Assembly (NCBI GenBank): GCA_019358915.1
Contig: JAHHIM010000024.1
Coordinates: 1 to 64,000 of the forward strand
Source of the DNA: Trichormus sp. ATA11-4-KO1
GTDB taxonomy: Bacteria > Cyanobacteriota > Cyanobacteriia > Cyanobacteriales > Nostocaceae
DNA length: 64,000 nt
Reading direction: 5' to 3'
Shown here: piece after piece, positions 31,490 to 42,138 of the stretch
How the letters are laid out: every line of letters begins with the position of its first letter
Position numbering within the stretch: the stretch's first letter is position 1
Notes under the pieces: model-generated
The model's input: only the letters and a program-made list of their open reading frames with translations
Databases searched by the model: none
Told to the model about the DNA's origin: nothing
Position numbers and translations under genes: made by a program

Positions 31490-32320
31490 CTACAACAGTG
31501 AATCCATCAGGTTCATCACCCGGATTGCATTATCAGAAACAGATACAGCATCGAACTCTTGGGTGAGTTGATGCTCTAGCAATCCTTTGAGGGCGATGAG
31601 TTTGAAGCTGTTTTCTGCTTTGGCGTTAGCGATCGCCTCTGCTGCTGCCATATAGCCGATTGCACCCAAATCGCCTAAGGCAACGCGGCGCAATTTCAGG
31701 TCACCAATGTCCAACATCTTCACTAACCGTTCCCCATAAATAGGGTTTTGTGTCAGTTGGTACATGGCTCTGGCTGCGGCACACTGTACTCGTGGAACTT
31801 CATGCTCCAAGAAAGGTTGAATTAGAGAAATCGCTTCAGTTGCACCAATAGCTCCCAAGGCTTCTAATACCGCTTCATAGGGCTGAGTTAGATGAGGGCA
31901 TCCCGGTATTTGCACGGCCTGTGCGATACCCCCATCTAACATTTTTATGAGTGCTGGCACCGCAGTTTGATCACCCAGCATTTGCAGGGACTGGGCTGCT
32001 GCTTCTCGAACATAAAAGTCAGGGCATTCTAAGCACTCAATTAAGCCTGGTACAGCTTTGGCATTCCCTAGTTTTCCCAGTGCTCTGGCTGCATTGCGTC
32101 GTAGGGGATAACCGCCCAGTTCTGTTCTGTCGGCTTCATCTTTTAACGCCGCAATTAAAGCATCTACAGCAGCTGGTTGATTGACCCGGAACTTGCCCAG
32201 CCACCAAGCTGCATAATAGCGGAGACTTAAATCTGATGATTGCAGGTTGGCGATTGCTAGCTCTGGTGTAAGCTGTGGCGCATTCTCAGCAGAATGTTCT
32301 GCTGCATTGGGTTCTATCAT
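31490..32320 (-). CDS. cpcE: Phycocyanin alpha-84 lyase subunit CpcE
   Basis: LRYYAAWWLG, GGYPLRRNAARALG, MDSLL end. Confidence 0.95.
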   Translation of the reverse strand: MIEPNAAEHSAENAPQLTPELAIANLQSSDLSLRYYAAWWLGKFRVNQPAAVDALIAALKDEADRTELGGYPLRRNAARALGKLGNAKAVPGLIECLECPDFYVREAAAQSLQMLGDQTAVPALIKMLDGGIAQAVQIPGCPHLTQPYEAVLEALGAIGATEAISLIQPFLEHEVPRVQCAAARAMYQLTQNPIYGERLVKMLDIGDLKLRRVALGDLGAIGYMAAAEAIANAKAENSFKLIALKGLLEHQLTQEFDAVSVSDNAIRVMNLMDSLL

Positions 32321-32330
32321 TGCCAGGAAG

Positions 32331-32594
32331 TTAGTTTTCTATGGCTACGCCACGCAAGCTATCAGCGCTCAATGGCTCAATTTTGATGATTTTGCCACCT
32401 AGGCGGTTAATCCGTTGCATTTCTTCGTTCATCCGACTGTATGGCACGGTAATGAATACACTGCCGCTACGACGGATATCGAATTTATTTTTGTCGGTTT
32501 CTGAGTTTTGGCGCAAGCCTACGACTTCATAACGAAATACTCGGCTTGCAGATGAAGAAACGCTACCAGCCCCAAGTGTGGTTTGACCGAACAT
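32331..32594 (-). CDS. cpcD: Rod-capping linker CpcD with a C-terminal insertion
   Basis: SRVFRYEVVGL...VPYSRMNEEMQRINRLGGKI. Confidence 0.95.
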   Translation of the reverse strand: MFGQTTLGAGSVSSSASRVFRYEVVGLRQNSETDKNKFDIRRSGSVFITVPYSRMNEEMQRINRLGGKIIKIEPLSADSLRGVAIEN

Positions 32595-32637
32595 TACTTC
32601 TATATCTCCTCTACTGTTTGAGTAACGTAACGCTACC

Positions 32638-33498
32638 TTACGCTGACGTAATGCTGGCGATTTTGCCGCCTACTCGATGAATCTGCTGCATTTTGTCTAA
32701 CAACCGCTCGTAAGGTACAATAAACACTGTACTGCTACGACGCACACTGGGATAGCCAGTGCCACGGATTGCTGTTACTTCAATGCGGTAAACGCGATCG
32801 CCTTGACCCACAGCATTACCTAAATTCTTCTTGGGCGCTACATCTGCTGATGCCCGGAAATTCCAGTTATCATTACTTCCAGATGGGCCAACAATGGAGG
32901 AAGCTTTGTTACTAGCTAACTCTTGCGCTAACCGCGATTTTTTCCCTTCTACTTGAGCGCGATCGCTATTGGCATAACCCCGGTATAACCGGAAAAGACG
33001 GTTAAAACCTACAGTTTTTTGTCCCGGTTGAGTTTCAAAACCACGATAATAAGGGACAATGCTGTCGCCAAAGTTGTTTTGGTACTCTACAGAATCAATG
33101 TAGGAGTCAATTTCCGCGTCGTAACCTTTTGTTTGGTACAAGTCTAGGTGGTAAACAACTTCCGATTCATCGTAGGGCGCACGACCCAAAAGATGCTTGT
33201 AGTTGAGTTCAATCAACCGGGTTTGGAAACTGTTATAAAAAAACTTGGTTTTGTAGAGTTCTGATTTGGCAACGCTGCGAACAAACTCTCGCACTGTCAG
33301 GTTGCCGTCCCGCAAGAGTGATTCTGCACTAACCAGACGTTCTGATGCCATCAAATAGTCATTACCCAAAACTTGCCGATAAACGGCGCGGATAACTACC
33401 TCTACTTCATCTTTGCTGGCGTTAGGGCGCAGTTCAACTCGACGTACCTCGCTAAAAGGCTCTGTTCCTAGCCTTGATGCTGCTGCTGTAATTGCCAT
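32638..33498 (-). CDS. cpcC: Phycocyanin rod linker CpcC
   Basis: [28 protein letters not shown] and CpcD-like C-terminus. Confidence 0.96.
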
Positions 33499-33593
33499 TT
33501 TTCTTCACTACCTATTTATTTGCATTTCGGCTGCTTTTGCCGAGTGCTGGCTTTGCTAAAGCTTTTCTTTTTAATCTCTGCCTAAATAAAACT

Positions 33594-33657
33594 TTGCCCG
33601 GGGCGAGATCCAACTGCTGGGTGACTCCATCCAACACTTGCATCCCTCTCCGGGCAA
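33594..33657 (-). terminator. Stem-loop after cpcA (stabiliser or attenuator of the cpcBA transcript)
   Basis: TTGCCCGG...CCGGGCAA inverted repeat immediately after the cpcA stop. Confidence 0.6.
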
Positions 33658-33666
33658 GATGGCTAT

Positions 33667-34158
33667 CTAGCTAAGAGCGTTGATAGCGTAGTCAAGGTAG
33701 GTGTTGGCTTCGTTAGCAGCTTGTCCAGTCAAACCATGATTGGCTTTGATGTGCTTGAGAGCTTCAACGTACCAGCTGGGAGACAAATCAAAGGAGCTGT
33801 TGATTTCAGCCAAGCCAGCGATTAAATATTCATCCAAGGGGCCTGTACCACCAGCAACCAAGCTGTAGGTAACGATACGTAGGTAGTGACCAACGTCACG
33901 AGCACACTTGGATTTACCACGGCTGTCAGCAGCAAACTGAGGGCCTGCTGTTTGGGTGGTGTAGGGGAATTTTTGGTATACAGCTTGGGTTGCACCATCA
34001 ATTAGACGTTGTGCATTGGCGGTCAAACCACGAGCAGCTTCCATGCTAGCAATAGCACGTACATAACGACCGTTAACTGCTTGCAGTTCGGTGTTGCTTA
34101 AGAAACGTCCTTGGGTATCAGCAGACGCAATTGCTTCGGTAATCGGTGTCTTAACCAT
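33667..34158 (-). CDS. cpcA: C-phycocyanin alpha subunit
   Basis: [31 protein letters not shown]. Confidence 0.98.
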   Translation of the reverse strand: MVKTPITEAIASADTQGRFLSNTELQAVNGRYVRAIASMEAARGLTANAQRLIDGATQAVYQKFPYTTQTAGPQFAADSRGKSKCARDVGHYLRIVTYSLVAGGTGPLDEYLIAGLAEINSSFDLSPSWYVEALKHIKANHGLTGQAANEANTYLDYAINALS

Positions 34159-34240
34159 CTTCTAAAATCTCCTTGGTATTTCGTAAATTTTGGACTGGTT
34201 ACCTATATTTATAGGTGCTGGGCTTTTTGTTAACGTGCTA

Positions 34241-34762
34241 TTAAGCAACAGCAGCAGCAGCACGATCAAAGTAGCTAGCTACTTCAGACATCAATTGGCT
34301 GCAATCGCCTTTGGTGATACCGTTAGGATCGTTAGCAATGCTAACCGCAGCATCTTTCATTTTTTGCACGCCTACAGCTACGGAAGAACCAGGTGTACCC
34401 AAAGCTTGGTAGGTTTCACGCAAACCGTTCAAGCAACGGTCATCTAGAACACTGGCATCACCAGCCAAAATAGCGTAGGTGACGTAGCGCAAGATGATTT
34501 CCATGTCGCGTAGACAAGCAGCCATACGACGGTTGGTGTAAGCATTACCACCAGGAGCAATCAGTTGGGGTTGTTCTTCAAACAAAGAACGAGCAGCGTT
34601 GGTAACGATCGCGGAAGCGTTGCTGGTGATGCGGTTAACAACATCCAAGCGCTTGTTGCCTTCTCTAACAACGTTGGATAGAGCATCTAGTTGCTCGTTG
34701 CTGAGGAACTCGCCTCTAGAGTCAGCTTGAGAAACTACCTTGGTGAATACATCTAATGTCAT
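34241..34762 (-). CDS. cpcB: C-phycocyanin beta subunit
   Basis: [28 protein letters not shown]. Confidence 0.98.
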   Translation of the reverse strand: MTLDVFTKVVSQADSRGEFLSNEQLDALSNVVREGNKRLDVVNRITSNASAIVTNAARSLFEEQPQLIAPGGNAYTNRRMAACLRDMEIILRYVTYAILAGDASVLDDRCLNGLRETYQALGTPGSSVAVGVQKMKDAAVSIANDPNGITKGDCSQLMSEVASYFDRAAAAVA

Positions 34763-35644
34763 GAACTTTAATCTCCTAATTCCTTAGTTGAGAGATGACT
34801 AGATTAAAACTGGCAATGTTTTATCAAATCGGAATGGTTGAAAACAGACTAGGGATCAAACTGCTTCTCGGTTAGTCTCAAATCCCTTTGCTACTACATG
34901 AACTAGAAATTATGAGAATCTGGGGTGATTTATGAGAAGCTGGCAAACTTTACAGATTGATTGCCTTGTTTAACTTTTGTCTGTTATTTAACCCCTCCAG
35001 ATTATGTTTATACAATGCTATAGATCCTTTATTTGTTACAAATTGTGAATAAATAAGATGCATGAATAAGAATCCCCTCAAATGCTTTACATACAAGGAC
35101 TCTACCTGAGAAATATCCAGGATTTTCGTAACATAACTTCGTATTTAGTACATTTATCAGCTAAAAACACTGTTTTTATATTTTCTTAAGATTTCTACAA
35201 ACCTTGAGATAGCAACAGATCGCAGTTTATCTTGTACGGAGAATCAGTACAGTCTTTATTAAGAACTTTTAACTTCATATTTCTAAATATTTGTTGTGAG
35301 TGGTTGTAACTCATCTTTTCAGAATGGGTAGGAGGAGAAAACTTCACAATTCTCAATAGTGGGGGAGCGGGCAAGGCTGTTTCATTCGCTTGTGTTGGAG
35401 ATTTGTCAAGAGGATAATCTCACGCAAAGGCGCAAAGACGCAAAGAAAAATCAGGTATTTCGGACTGAAGATGCCAAAATTTTCGGTCTTAATTGTGGAT
35501 TTGCCCTTGCAATTTTAACCCTTTTAGGGAACGAATCAGCCCTGGGGGAGCGGGGGAGCATGGGAGTAGTAATTTAATTTTTGGAGTTACCTAAATATAT
35601 ATAAATAAGTTTTTTTCTCCTCTACCCCTCCGCCCCTCCGTCTC

Positions 35645-36112
35645 CTATGCAGCGCCAATACATAACGCCTCTAGGGCAAGGGTGATGCGCGATCGCACAA
35701 CTTGATCTGCTTCTTGAGCCATCGCCTGTTGTAAGGCAGCCTGAGCCTGTTGTGTGGCAATTTCTTGCAGAGATACCACAGCAGCATAACGTAGTCTCCA
35801 GTCTTCAGGAGTGAGCAAAGCCCAAGTGAGCTTTTCCTCAGTACAGAGAATTATTTCTGTGTCGTGAGAATTACTACCAATCTTTCCCAGTCCCCGCGTA
35901 GCGATGCGACGGACATTTCCCTGACAGTGATTAGCTACTGTTGTTCCCATAACTGCGGCTAACAAATCAAAAGCTCTCTCGTCGCCAATTTGAGCTAAAG
36001 CCTGAATAATATAGGCTGGGAATCCCTGATCGCTCAAAGTCTCAAAGGCGGCAATTAAGGGTACTACCGTTGCTGGAGCTAATTCCACATCTCTCATCAA
36101 CCAGGGCATCAC
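35645..36112 (-). pseudogene. pecF: Probably 5'-truncated phycoerythrocyanin lyase/isomerase subunit PecF
   Basis: HEAT repeats with VANHCQGNVRRIA.RGLG and EDW.LRYAA motifs; sits upstream of cpcB where pecF lies in Nostocales; no pecBACE upstream. Confidence 0.7.
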
Positions 36113-36134
36113 ACAGATTTCTCAGATTTAAGTT

Positions 36135-37094
36135 CTAAGAGGAGATCGCAACTCGTCGCCGGAGAACTTCTAGCAGAGTTGTGAATGTTTGAGGGGGGGG
36201 GGCTGTCACCTCAATCCAAGCCTCAGAGACTGGATGTTGCAACTTTAGTCGCCAAGCGTGCAGTGCTTGACCTGGTAGATTTACACCGACAGAACGACCA
36301 GAACCGTAAACTGGGTCACCAACAATGGGATGACCGATTTTGGCGCTGTGGACACGAATTTGATGGGTGCGTCCAGTTTCTAATTGAAAGAGGATTAATG
36401 TATAGTTACCCAAGCGTTCTAGTACCTGCCAATCAGTGATGGCAGACCTACCGCCTTTTTCTGTAGGGACAACTGCCATTTTCTTACGGTCTTGAGGATG
36501 GCGACCAATAGGGAAATCAATGCTGCCACTTGCAGTTTTTGGCGCACCATAAACCACACCCAAATATTCTCGCCGTGCAGTTTTTGCCTGGAGTTGTGCT
36601 TGCAGGCTTTGATAAGCAATATCGGTTTTAGCAATAGCGATCGCCCCTGTTGTATCCTTATCCAATCGATGGACAATTCCCGGACGTTGGACACCGCCAA
36701 TACCCGGTAAGTTGGGACAGTGTGCCAACAAAGCATTGACCAGAGTGCCATCTGGGTGACCGGGTGCAGGATGGACGACTAAGCCAGCAGGTTTGTTAAG
36801 AATAAGTAGCTGGTCGTCTTCGTAGAGAATATCTAGGGGGATAGCTTCTGCTTGTAGTTCTAGGGGTTGGACTTCTGGGATTTCTAAGGTGATGCGATCG
36901 CCTGCTTTCACATTAACTTTTTTGGTTGTGCAGACTTTGGCGTTAAGTTGAACATTACCCTGTTCAATTAATTGTTGGATGCGAGAACGAGATAAGTCTG
37001 GTAGTTCTTGTGCAAGGTAGCGGTCAAGGCGTTCACCAGAGGTATTGGCAAAGCGATCGCTGTATTCTTCGACTTGTAAATTAAATTCGGTCAC
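36135..37094 (-). CDS. RluA/RluD family pseudouridine synthase
   Basis: S4 domain, NKPAGLVVHP, HRLDKDTTG, TGRTHQIRVH. Confidence 0.93.
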   Translation of the reverse strand: MTEFNLQVEEYSDRFANTSGERLDRYLAQELPDLSRSRIQQLIEQGNVQLNAKVCTTKKVNVKAGDRITLEIPEVQPLELQAEAIPLDILYEDDQLLILNKPAGLVVHPAPGHPDGTLVNALLAHCPNLPGIGGVQRPGIVHRLDKDTTGAIAIAKTDIAYQSLQAQLQAKTARREYLGVVYGAPKTASGSIDFPIGRHPQDRKKMAVVPTEKGGRSAITDWQVLERLGNYTLILFQLETGRTHQIRVHSAKIGHPIVGDPVYGSGRSVGVNLPGQALHAWRLKLQHPVSEAWIEVTAPPPQTFTTLLEVLRRRVAISS

Positions 37095-37801
37095 AGTTCG
37101 TCTGGATTAATTCCTCGTTCTTGCAGTAAAGCATAAAGAGCTTGCAACTTGGCTTCAGCTTGTTCATCTCTAGCTTCAGCTTGCTCCGCACGTTGTCTTT
37201 CTTGCTGTCGTTGCTGGTCTAATTCCCAATAGGTGAGAAAGCGATCGCCATCAGGACGATAGATTTGCAGTTCTTTTTGAGACAACTCAAAGCGCACCCC
37301 CAATCTGGGACTTACCCAACCAGCCATTTGGTCAATTACTTCTAATCGTGAGTTCCGAAACTGCCAACCTGTCAAGTCAACTACATCAGGTTCATACAGA
37401 TAATATTCTTTTACACCGTAGCGCTCATAAAACTCAATTTTTTTCGCCATTTTCGAGATCCGGTTTCCAGGCGACCAAGTTTCAAACACTACTTGCGGCG
37501 GAATATTGTCTTCGAGCCACTGTTTATAAGAGCCTCGGTATCCTTTTTGTCTACCAAATACTACCATCACATCGGGAGCTTGGCGCAGCTTGTTATCACC
37601 TTCTACGGGATACCACAGCAAGTCACCAGCGACAAACACATTTGGGTCATTGGCAAACAGCAGTTCTAAATTCTCTTTAATCCACACAATCAATTCAAAC
37701 TGCTTGGTGTTGTCTGCCATTAGTTGTCCGTCGCTGTCGGGGTAGATGATGCCTTTTTGGGTAGAAGATGGTAGCTGTGTGACCATTGTGGTGATTCCCA
37801 T
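37091..37801 (-). CDS. Uma2 family endonuclease-like protein
   Basis: YPDSDG..MADNT, APDVMVVFGR, YERYGVKEYYLY and coiled tail; alternative start at 37786. Confidence 0.88.
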   Translation of the reverse strand: MGITTMVTQLPSSTQKGIIYPDSDGQLMADNTKQFELIVWIKENLELLFANDPNVFVAGDLLWYPVEGDNKLRQAPDVMVVFGRQKGYRGSYKQWLEDNIPPQVVFETWSPGNRISKMAKKIEFYERYGVKEYYLYEPDVVDLTGWQFRNSRLEVIDQMAGWVSPRLGVRFELSQKELQIYRPDGDRFLTYWELDQQRQQERQRAEQAEARDEQAEAKLQALYALLQERGINPDEL

Positions 37802-38217
37802 TTAACAGGTGGCATGTTTAATTTTAACGAATCGCCACAAACGGCACAATTATTTCAACAGACAAGCTGCTTGAGAGATAGATAATATCCGCAACCATCG
37901 ACACAAAGACACACTTGTTACCTTTTATTTTCCTAAGTGAAATAACAAACTGTATGAGATAAATACTGTTTGTCATATTTTTCTTAAAAATCCGGTTATA
38001 AATCAGAACTTGCGTAATTACAAACTAGAACATCCCACTTAAAAACAACTTTATTATTATTTGATTGATATGTTTATCTTGTCATAGAAATAACTATGTA
38101 ATTACTTACACCTAACAATTTATTACATTCCATGTGTTATCAATGTTTCTATACTATCGTTAATTTTAGTTTTTTGTAATCCCGTAGTATTACGGTAACT
38201 CTTGTCAAAGTAGGCTT

Positions 38218-38223
38218 TCCGGA
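38218..38223 (+). promoter_or_regulatory. Candidate DIF1 (TCCGGA) heterocyst promoter motif upstream of patA
   Basis: Exact TCCGGA in the long patA upstream region; variant TCCGGT-N17-GTA at 37991. Confidence 0.4.
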
Positions 38224-39112
38224 AAAAATATCACTATTGTCTATTTATATTTGCTTTACTTATTTATCAATATATTCATACAACTTTTTCGCCTTTTTGG
38301 GAAAATTATAGTAATCTAAAATATAGTAAGTAAATGACTTACTATCTACCATTTAGCTGAAAAAAGCTACTATTCTGGTATTTACTACACTTGTTGGATT
38401 TTGCGGTCAATTCGGCGATTCATTAGTCAAAATGGTGCAGGGTGACTATTTATCACCACACAACACTAGACATCCTTTCCAGTGCTTATGAAGTGTTTGC
38501 CTACTGCTAAGTCAGACGCTATTGTATTTCCAAAAACATCTTAATTATCGCCAGACTCGCCTTTAGTATGCAGGCGATAATTTTGCCCAAGCTTGACTGG
38601 AGATAAAATCTACAATCTTGAACTTGGGTAAGGTATTGCCTCTGATTATACTTAATTCAACAGATACATTGTATCTAGCAAAACCCGCCCTCTAATCGCT
38701 TATTGGCTGCAATCTCAATCTATGAAATACGGAATTTAGCAGTGCTTTTGTTACTGCTGGGCTACAGCCAATAGTCTGTATGCGGCAGTTGAGTTACTGT
38801 TAAATTAGCCAGATTAGTGAAAAATACAGAAAGTAAAATAGTATTTCAAATACTATTTTCTGGCAACCTGTCGGGTAATTTTGCTATTTGGCAATAGCAT
38901 AACTGGGTCTACCAAGGTGAATTGTAGTTTGATGAACTATAGCTTAGCAGATATTGGGGAATTCGGAGTTAGGGGTGAAGAGTCTCTGTACTAACCCAAA
39001 TGTGACCGTTATATTTATCTGAACACTACTTTTGAAAATCTCGTTGTGAATTCCGAAAAGGCTATTCACTAATTTTGACGGTGGATGTTAATTATATCTC
39101 AAATCTGTCCCG

Positions 39113-40201
39113 ATGAAGACACTTCCCATTAGTAGATATAGATTTTTCCAAAAACTCCAGCCCATATCTCTTTTAAAAAAAATCACTAGTAAGACGGTTA
39201 CTGGTTGTTTGCAAGTATTTAGCACATCAGGTTCTTGGTCAATATATATAGAGGAGGGTAAGCTGATTTATGCCTGCTACTCTGAGAAAATGTTTGAGCC
39301 GCTTTACAGAAACTTACAAAGCTTAAGTCAGCAAATCTCAACTCTTCCTCGCGGAATTCATGAGCAGTTGCAGGCAATATTTGAAAATGGTATTGAGAAT
39401 CAGGCAATACCAAATCCAGATTATTTGGCTATTTGTTGGTTAGTCAGCCAGAAATATATTAGTCCCTCCCAAGCAGGGATACTGATTGAACAATTGGCAC
39501 TAGAAGTCCTAGACTCATTTCTGGCCTTAGAAGAGGGAAGTTATGAATTTATTCCGGATAGCTTCCTAGATGACATGCCAAAGTACTGCCATCTCAATCT
39601 CCGCTTATTAGTCGAACAGTGTCAAAACTTTAGCCGTGATGGGACTTATCAAGAGAAATCACCAACTTCTTCAGTGCAACCTGCGCCATTAGCGCAGATA
39701 AATCAGCCACAACCTGCGAAAACATTTCCCATAGTCAATAACAGCAATAAAGCGGCACAATTTAACGGTGCAGCGACTAACCATTTTCATACTATCTATA
39801 ATAACGGCCAGCAGAATAAGGCATCTGCTGAAAAGAAACTCTACACAATATTCTGTATTGATGACAGTCCTGCGGTACTGAATACCATAAAAAGTTTTTT
39901 AGATGAGCAAATATTTTCTGTTGTCGGAGTTACCAATTCTCTAAACGCTTTAATGCAAATTCTCCGCACCAAACCAGACATAATTTTATTAGACGTTGAT
40001 ATGCCTAATTTAGATGGTTATGAATTATGCTCTTTATTGCGTAAGCATTCCTATTTTAAACACACACCCGTGATTATGGTGACAGGTAGAACAGGACTAA
40101 TAGATAGAGCCAGGGCTAAGATAGTCAGAGCCTCAGGATTTTTAGCTAAGCCTTTTACCCAAGGAGACTTATTAAAAACGCTCTTTCAACACATTGAATA
40201 A
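39113..40201 (+). CDS. patA: Heterocyst pattern formation response regulator PatA
   Basis: N-terminus MKTLPISRYRFFQKLQP recognisable as PatA; PATAN domain and C-terminal receiver. Confidence 0.9.
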   Translation: MKTLPISRYRFFQKLQPISLLKKITSKTVTGCLQVFSTSGSWSIYIEEGKLIYACYSEKMFEPLYRNLQSLSQQISTLPRGIHEQLQAIFENGIENQAIPNPDYLAICWLVSQKYISPSQAGILIEQLALEVLDSFLALEEGSYEFIPDSFLDDMPKYCHLNLRLLVEQCQNFSRDGTYQEKSPTSSVQPAPLAQINQPQPAKTFPIVNNSNKAAQFNGAATNHFHTIYNNGQQNKASAEKKLYTIFCIDDSPAVLNTIKSFLDEQIFSVVGVTNSLNALMQILRTKPDIILLDVDMPNLDGYELCSLLRKHSYFKHTPVIMVTGRTGLIDRARAKIVRASGFLAKPFTQGDLLKTLFQHIE

Positions 40202-40379
40202 TTTTTCATCCGTCAAATAAATATAAAAGATTATTGCTGTTAGAGATTTAGGATTAAGTATTTCTTGGGTAAATAAGTTGGCGAGAATAAATTAATTTAC
40301 AGATCGCAAGATCCGGGTGGTTTTGGATCTATACCATCGGTAAAGTAAGGTAATGCCAAAATTCTCTTGATGCAGCTAC

Positions 40380-41249
40380 ATGATTTCGATGAACACGAGT
40401 GTGTATGACAGCGAAGACTACAGCCGAATTACTCAGGCGATCGCCTTCATGCGACAACATCACCTGAACCAACCCGATTTATCAACTGTGGCACAGCATA
40501 TAGGTCTGAGTGAATATTATTTTCAAAGGTTATTTACCCAATGGGCAGGCATCAGTCCCAAGCGTTTTTTACAATATCTCACTGTTGAATATGCTAAATC
40601 AAAAATCACCCAAACTAAAAGTCTTTTAGACCTGACCCTAGATGTTGGACTGTCAAGTCCAGGAAGATTACACGATTTGTTTGTGAACTTGGAAGCAATG
40701 TCTCCTGGTGAGTTCAAGACAGGAGGCGCAAGTTTACAAATTCGTTACGGCATTCATGATACCCCGTTTGGCAAGTCCTTACTCGCTACAACATCTCGTG
40801 GTGTCTGTCACCTGTCTTTTTTAGATGCATTAGATGAGCAGACCGCCGAGCAAACCCTGCGTCTGGAATGGAGAAGTGCTGAAATTATTCATGACCAACA
40901 AGCCACCCAACCCCTGCACAACCGGATTTTCCATCCAGATGCCTTCAGTCATCAGAAGCCACTAACGCTCCTGGTTAAGGGTACCAATTTTCAAATTCAA
41001 GTTTGGCGGGCACTTTTGAGAGTACCGTTTGGGGGTATCACAACTTATCAGAATATCGCTGAACTGATTGGTCGCCCAACTGCTGCTAGAGCCGTGGGTA
41101 ATGCTGTAGGCAAAAATTCCATTGCCTATCTTATTCCATGTCATCGTGTCATTCGGGAATCTGGGGAACTTGGTGGCTATAGATGGGGCTGGGAGCGTAA
41201 GACAGCTATTTTAGGATGGGAAGCCAGTCGTACAATCTGCAATTTCTGA
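40380..41249 (+). CDS. AraC-type HTH fused to O6-methylguanine-DNA methyltransferase (Ada-like)
   Basis: HTH (FQRLF..WAGISPKRF), GTNFQ, PCHRV active site. Confidence 0.9.
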   Translation: MISMNTSVYDSEDYSRITQAIAFMRQHHLNQPDLSTVAQHIGLSEYYFQRLFTQWAGISPKRFLQYLTVEYAKSKITQTKSLLDLTLDVGLSSPGRLHDLFVNLEAMSPGEFKTGGASLQIRYGIHDTPFGKSLLATTSRGVCHLSFLDALDEQTAEQTLRLEWRSAEIIHDQQATQPLHNRIFHPDAFSHQKPLTLLVKGTNFQIQVWRALLRVPFGGITTYQNIAELIGRPTAARAVGNAVGKNSIAYLIPCHRVIRESGELGGYRWGWERKTAILGWEASRTICNF

Positions 41250-41259
41250 GGATACTGTT

Positions 41260-42138
41260 ATGCGAGTTTCAGACGTTGCCGAACTCTTACTCTTAGCAGC
41301 GCTATGGGGTGGCTCCTTTTTATTTATGCGAATGACAGCACCTGTACTCGGTCCAGTTTGGTTGATTGAGATGCGAGTGCTATTGGCTGGTCTATTTTTG
41401 CTTCCGTTTCTGATTCGCCTAAATCTTTGGGGTGAAGTGCGTCGTCAAGTCATCCCGTTATTTATTGTGGGTTTTATTAATTCAGCGCTGCCTTTCTCAC
41501 TACTTGCCTTTGCATCCCTATTTTTACCTGCTGGGTTCACCTCTATCTTGAATGCAACATCACCCTTATTTGGCACAATTGTTGCTTCTGTTTGGTTAAA
41601 GGAAAAGCTAACAGTTAGCCGAATGATTGGTTTTGTTTTGGGCTTTGCTGGAGTTGTTGCCCTGATAGGATGGAAGACTTTTGCCGCAACACCCTCTTTT
41701 TTCGCTGCGGTGGGTGCTGGTTTGCTAGCAGCCGTGATGTATGCGATCGCAGCTCCCTACGCCAAGCAGCAATTGTCAAGTGTTCCTTCATTAGTTACTT
41801 CAACAGTTAGCCAACTGAGTGCAGCCATTTTTCTTTTACCAGCTTTACCGTTCACAGTACCAAAAACTGTACCTACAACAGACATCGTTGTAGCAGTTCT
41901 CGCACTCGCTTTATTCTCAACGGCATTAGCCTATATTCTCTACTTCCGGCTGATCAAGAACATAGGTTCAACAAAAGCACTGACTGTCACCTACTTAATT
42001 CCCTTGTTTGCAATGCTATGGGGCGCAATCGTGCTTAAGGAGCCAGTGACTTCATCGATGGTATTTGGCTGTACTCTGATTCTGCTGGGTACAGCGATCG
42101 CCAATGCAGCCAATCCACTAAAAATATCACACAATTAA
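41260..42138 (+). CDS. DMT/EamA family transporter
   Basis: About ten TMs, LWGGSF, LKE repeats. Confidence 0.9.
   Translation: MRVSDVAELLLLAALWGGSFLFMRMTAPVLGPVWLIEMRVLLAGLFLLPFLIRLNLWGEVRRQVIPLFIVGFINSALPFSLLAFASLFLPAGFTSILNATSPLFGTIVASVWLKEKLTVSRMIGFVLGFAGVVALIGWKTFAATPSFFAAVGAGLLAAVMYAIAAPYAKQQLSSVPSLVTSTVSQLSAAIFLLPALPFTVPKTVPTTDIVVAVLALALFSTALAYILYFRLIKNIGSTKALTVTYLIPLFAMLWGAIVLKEPVTSSMVFGCTLILLGTAIANAANPLKISHN

Noticed and set aside
35359..35577. 72-aa ORF between cpcB and the pecF relic
   Set aside because: Made largely of repeat sequence (CGCAAAGG-type and GGGGGAGC-type repeats); other short antisense ORFs inside well-supported genes were dismissed likewise.
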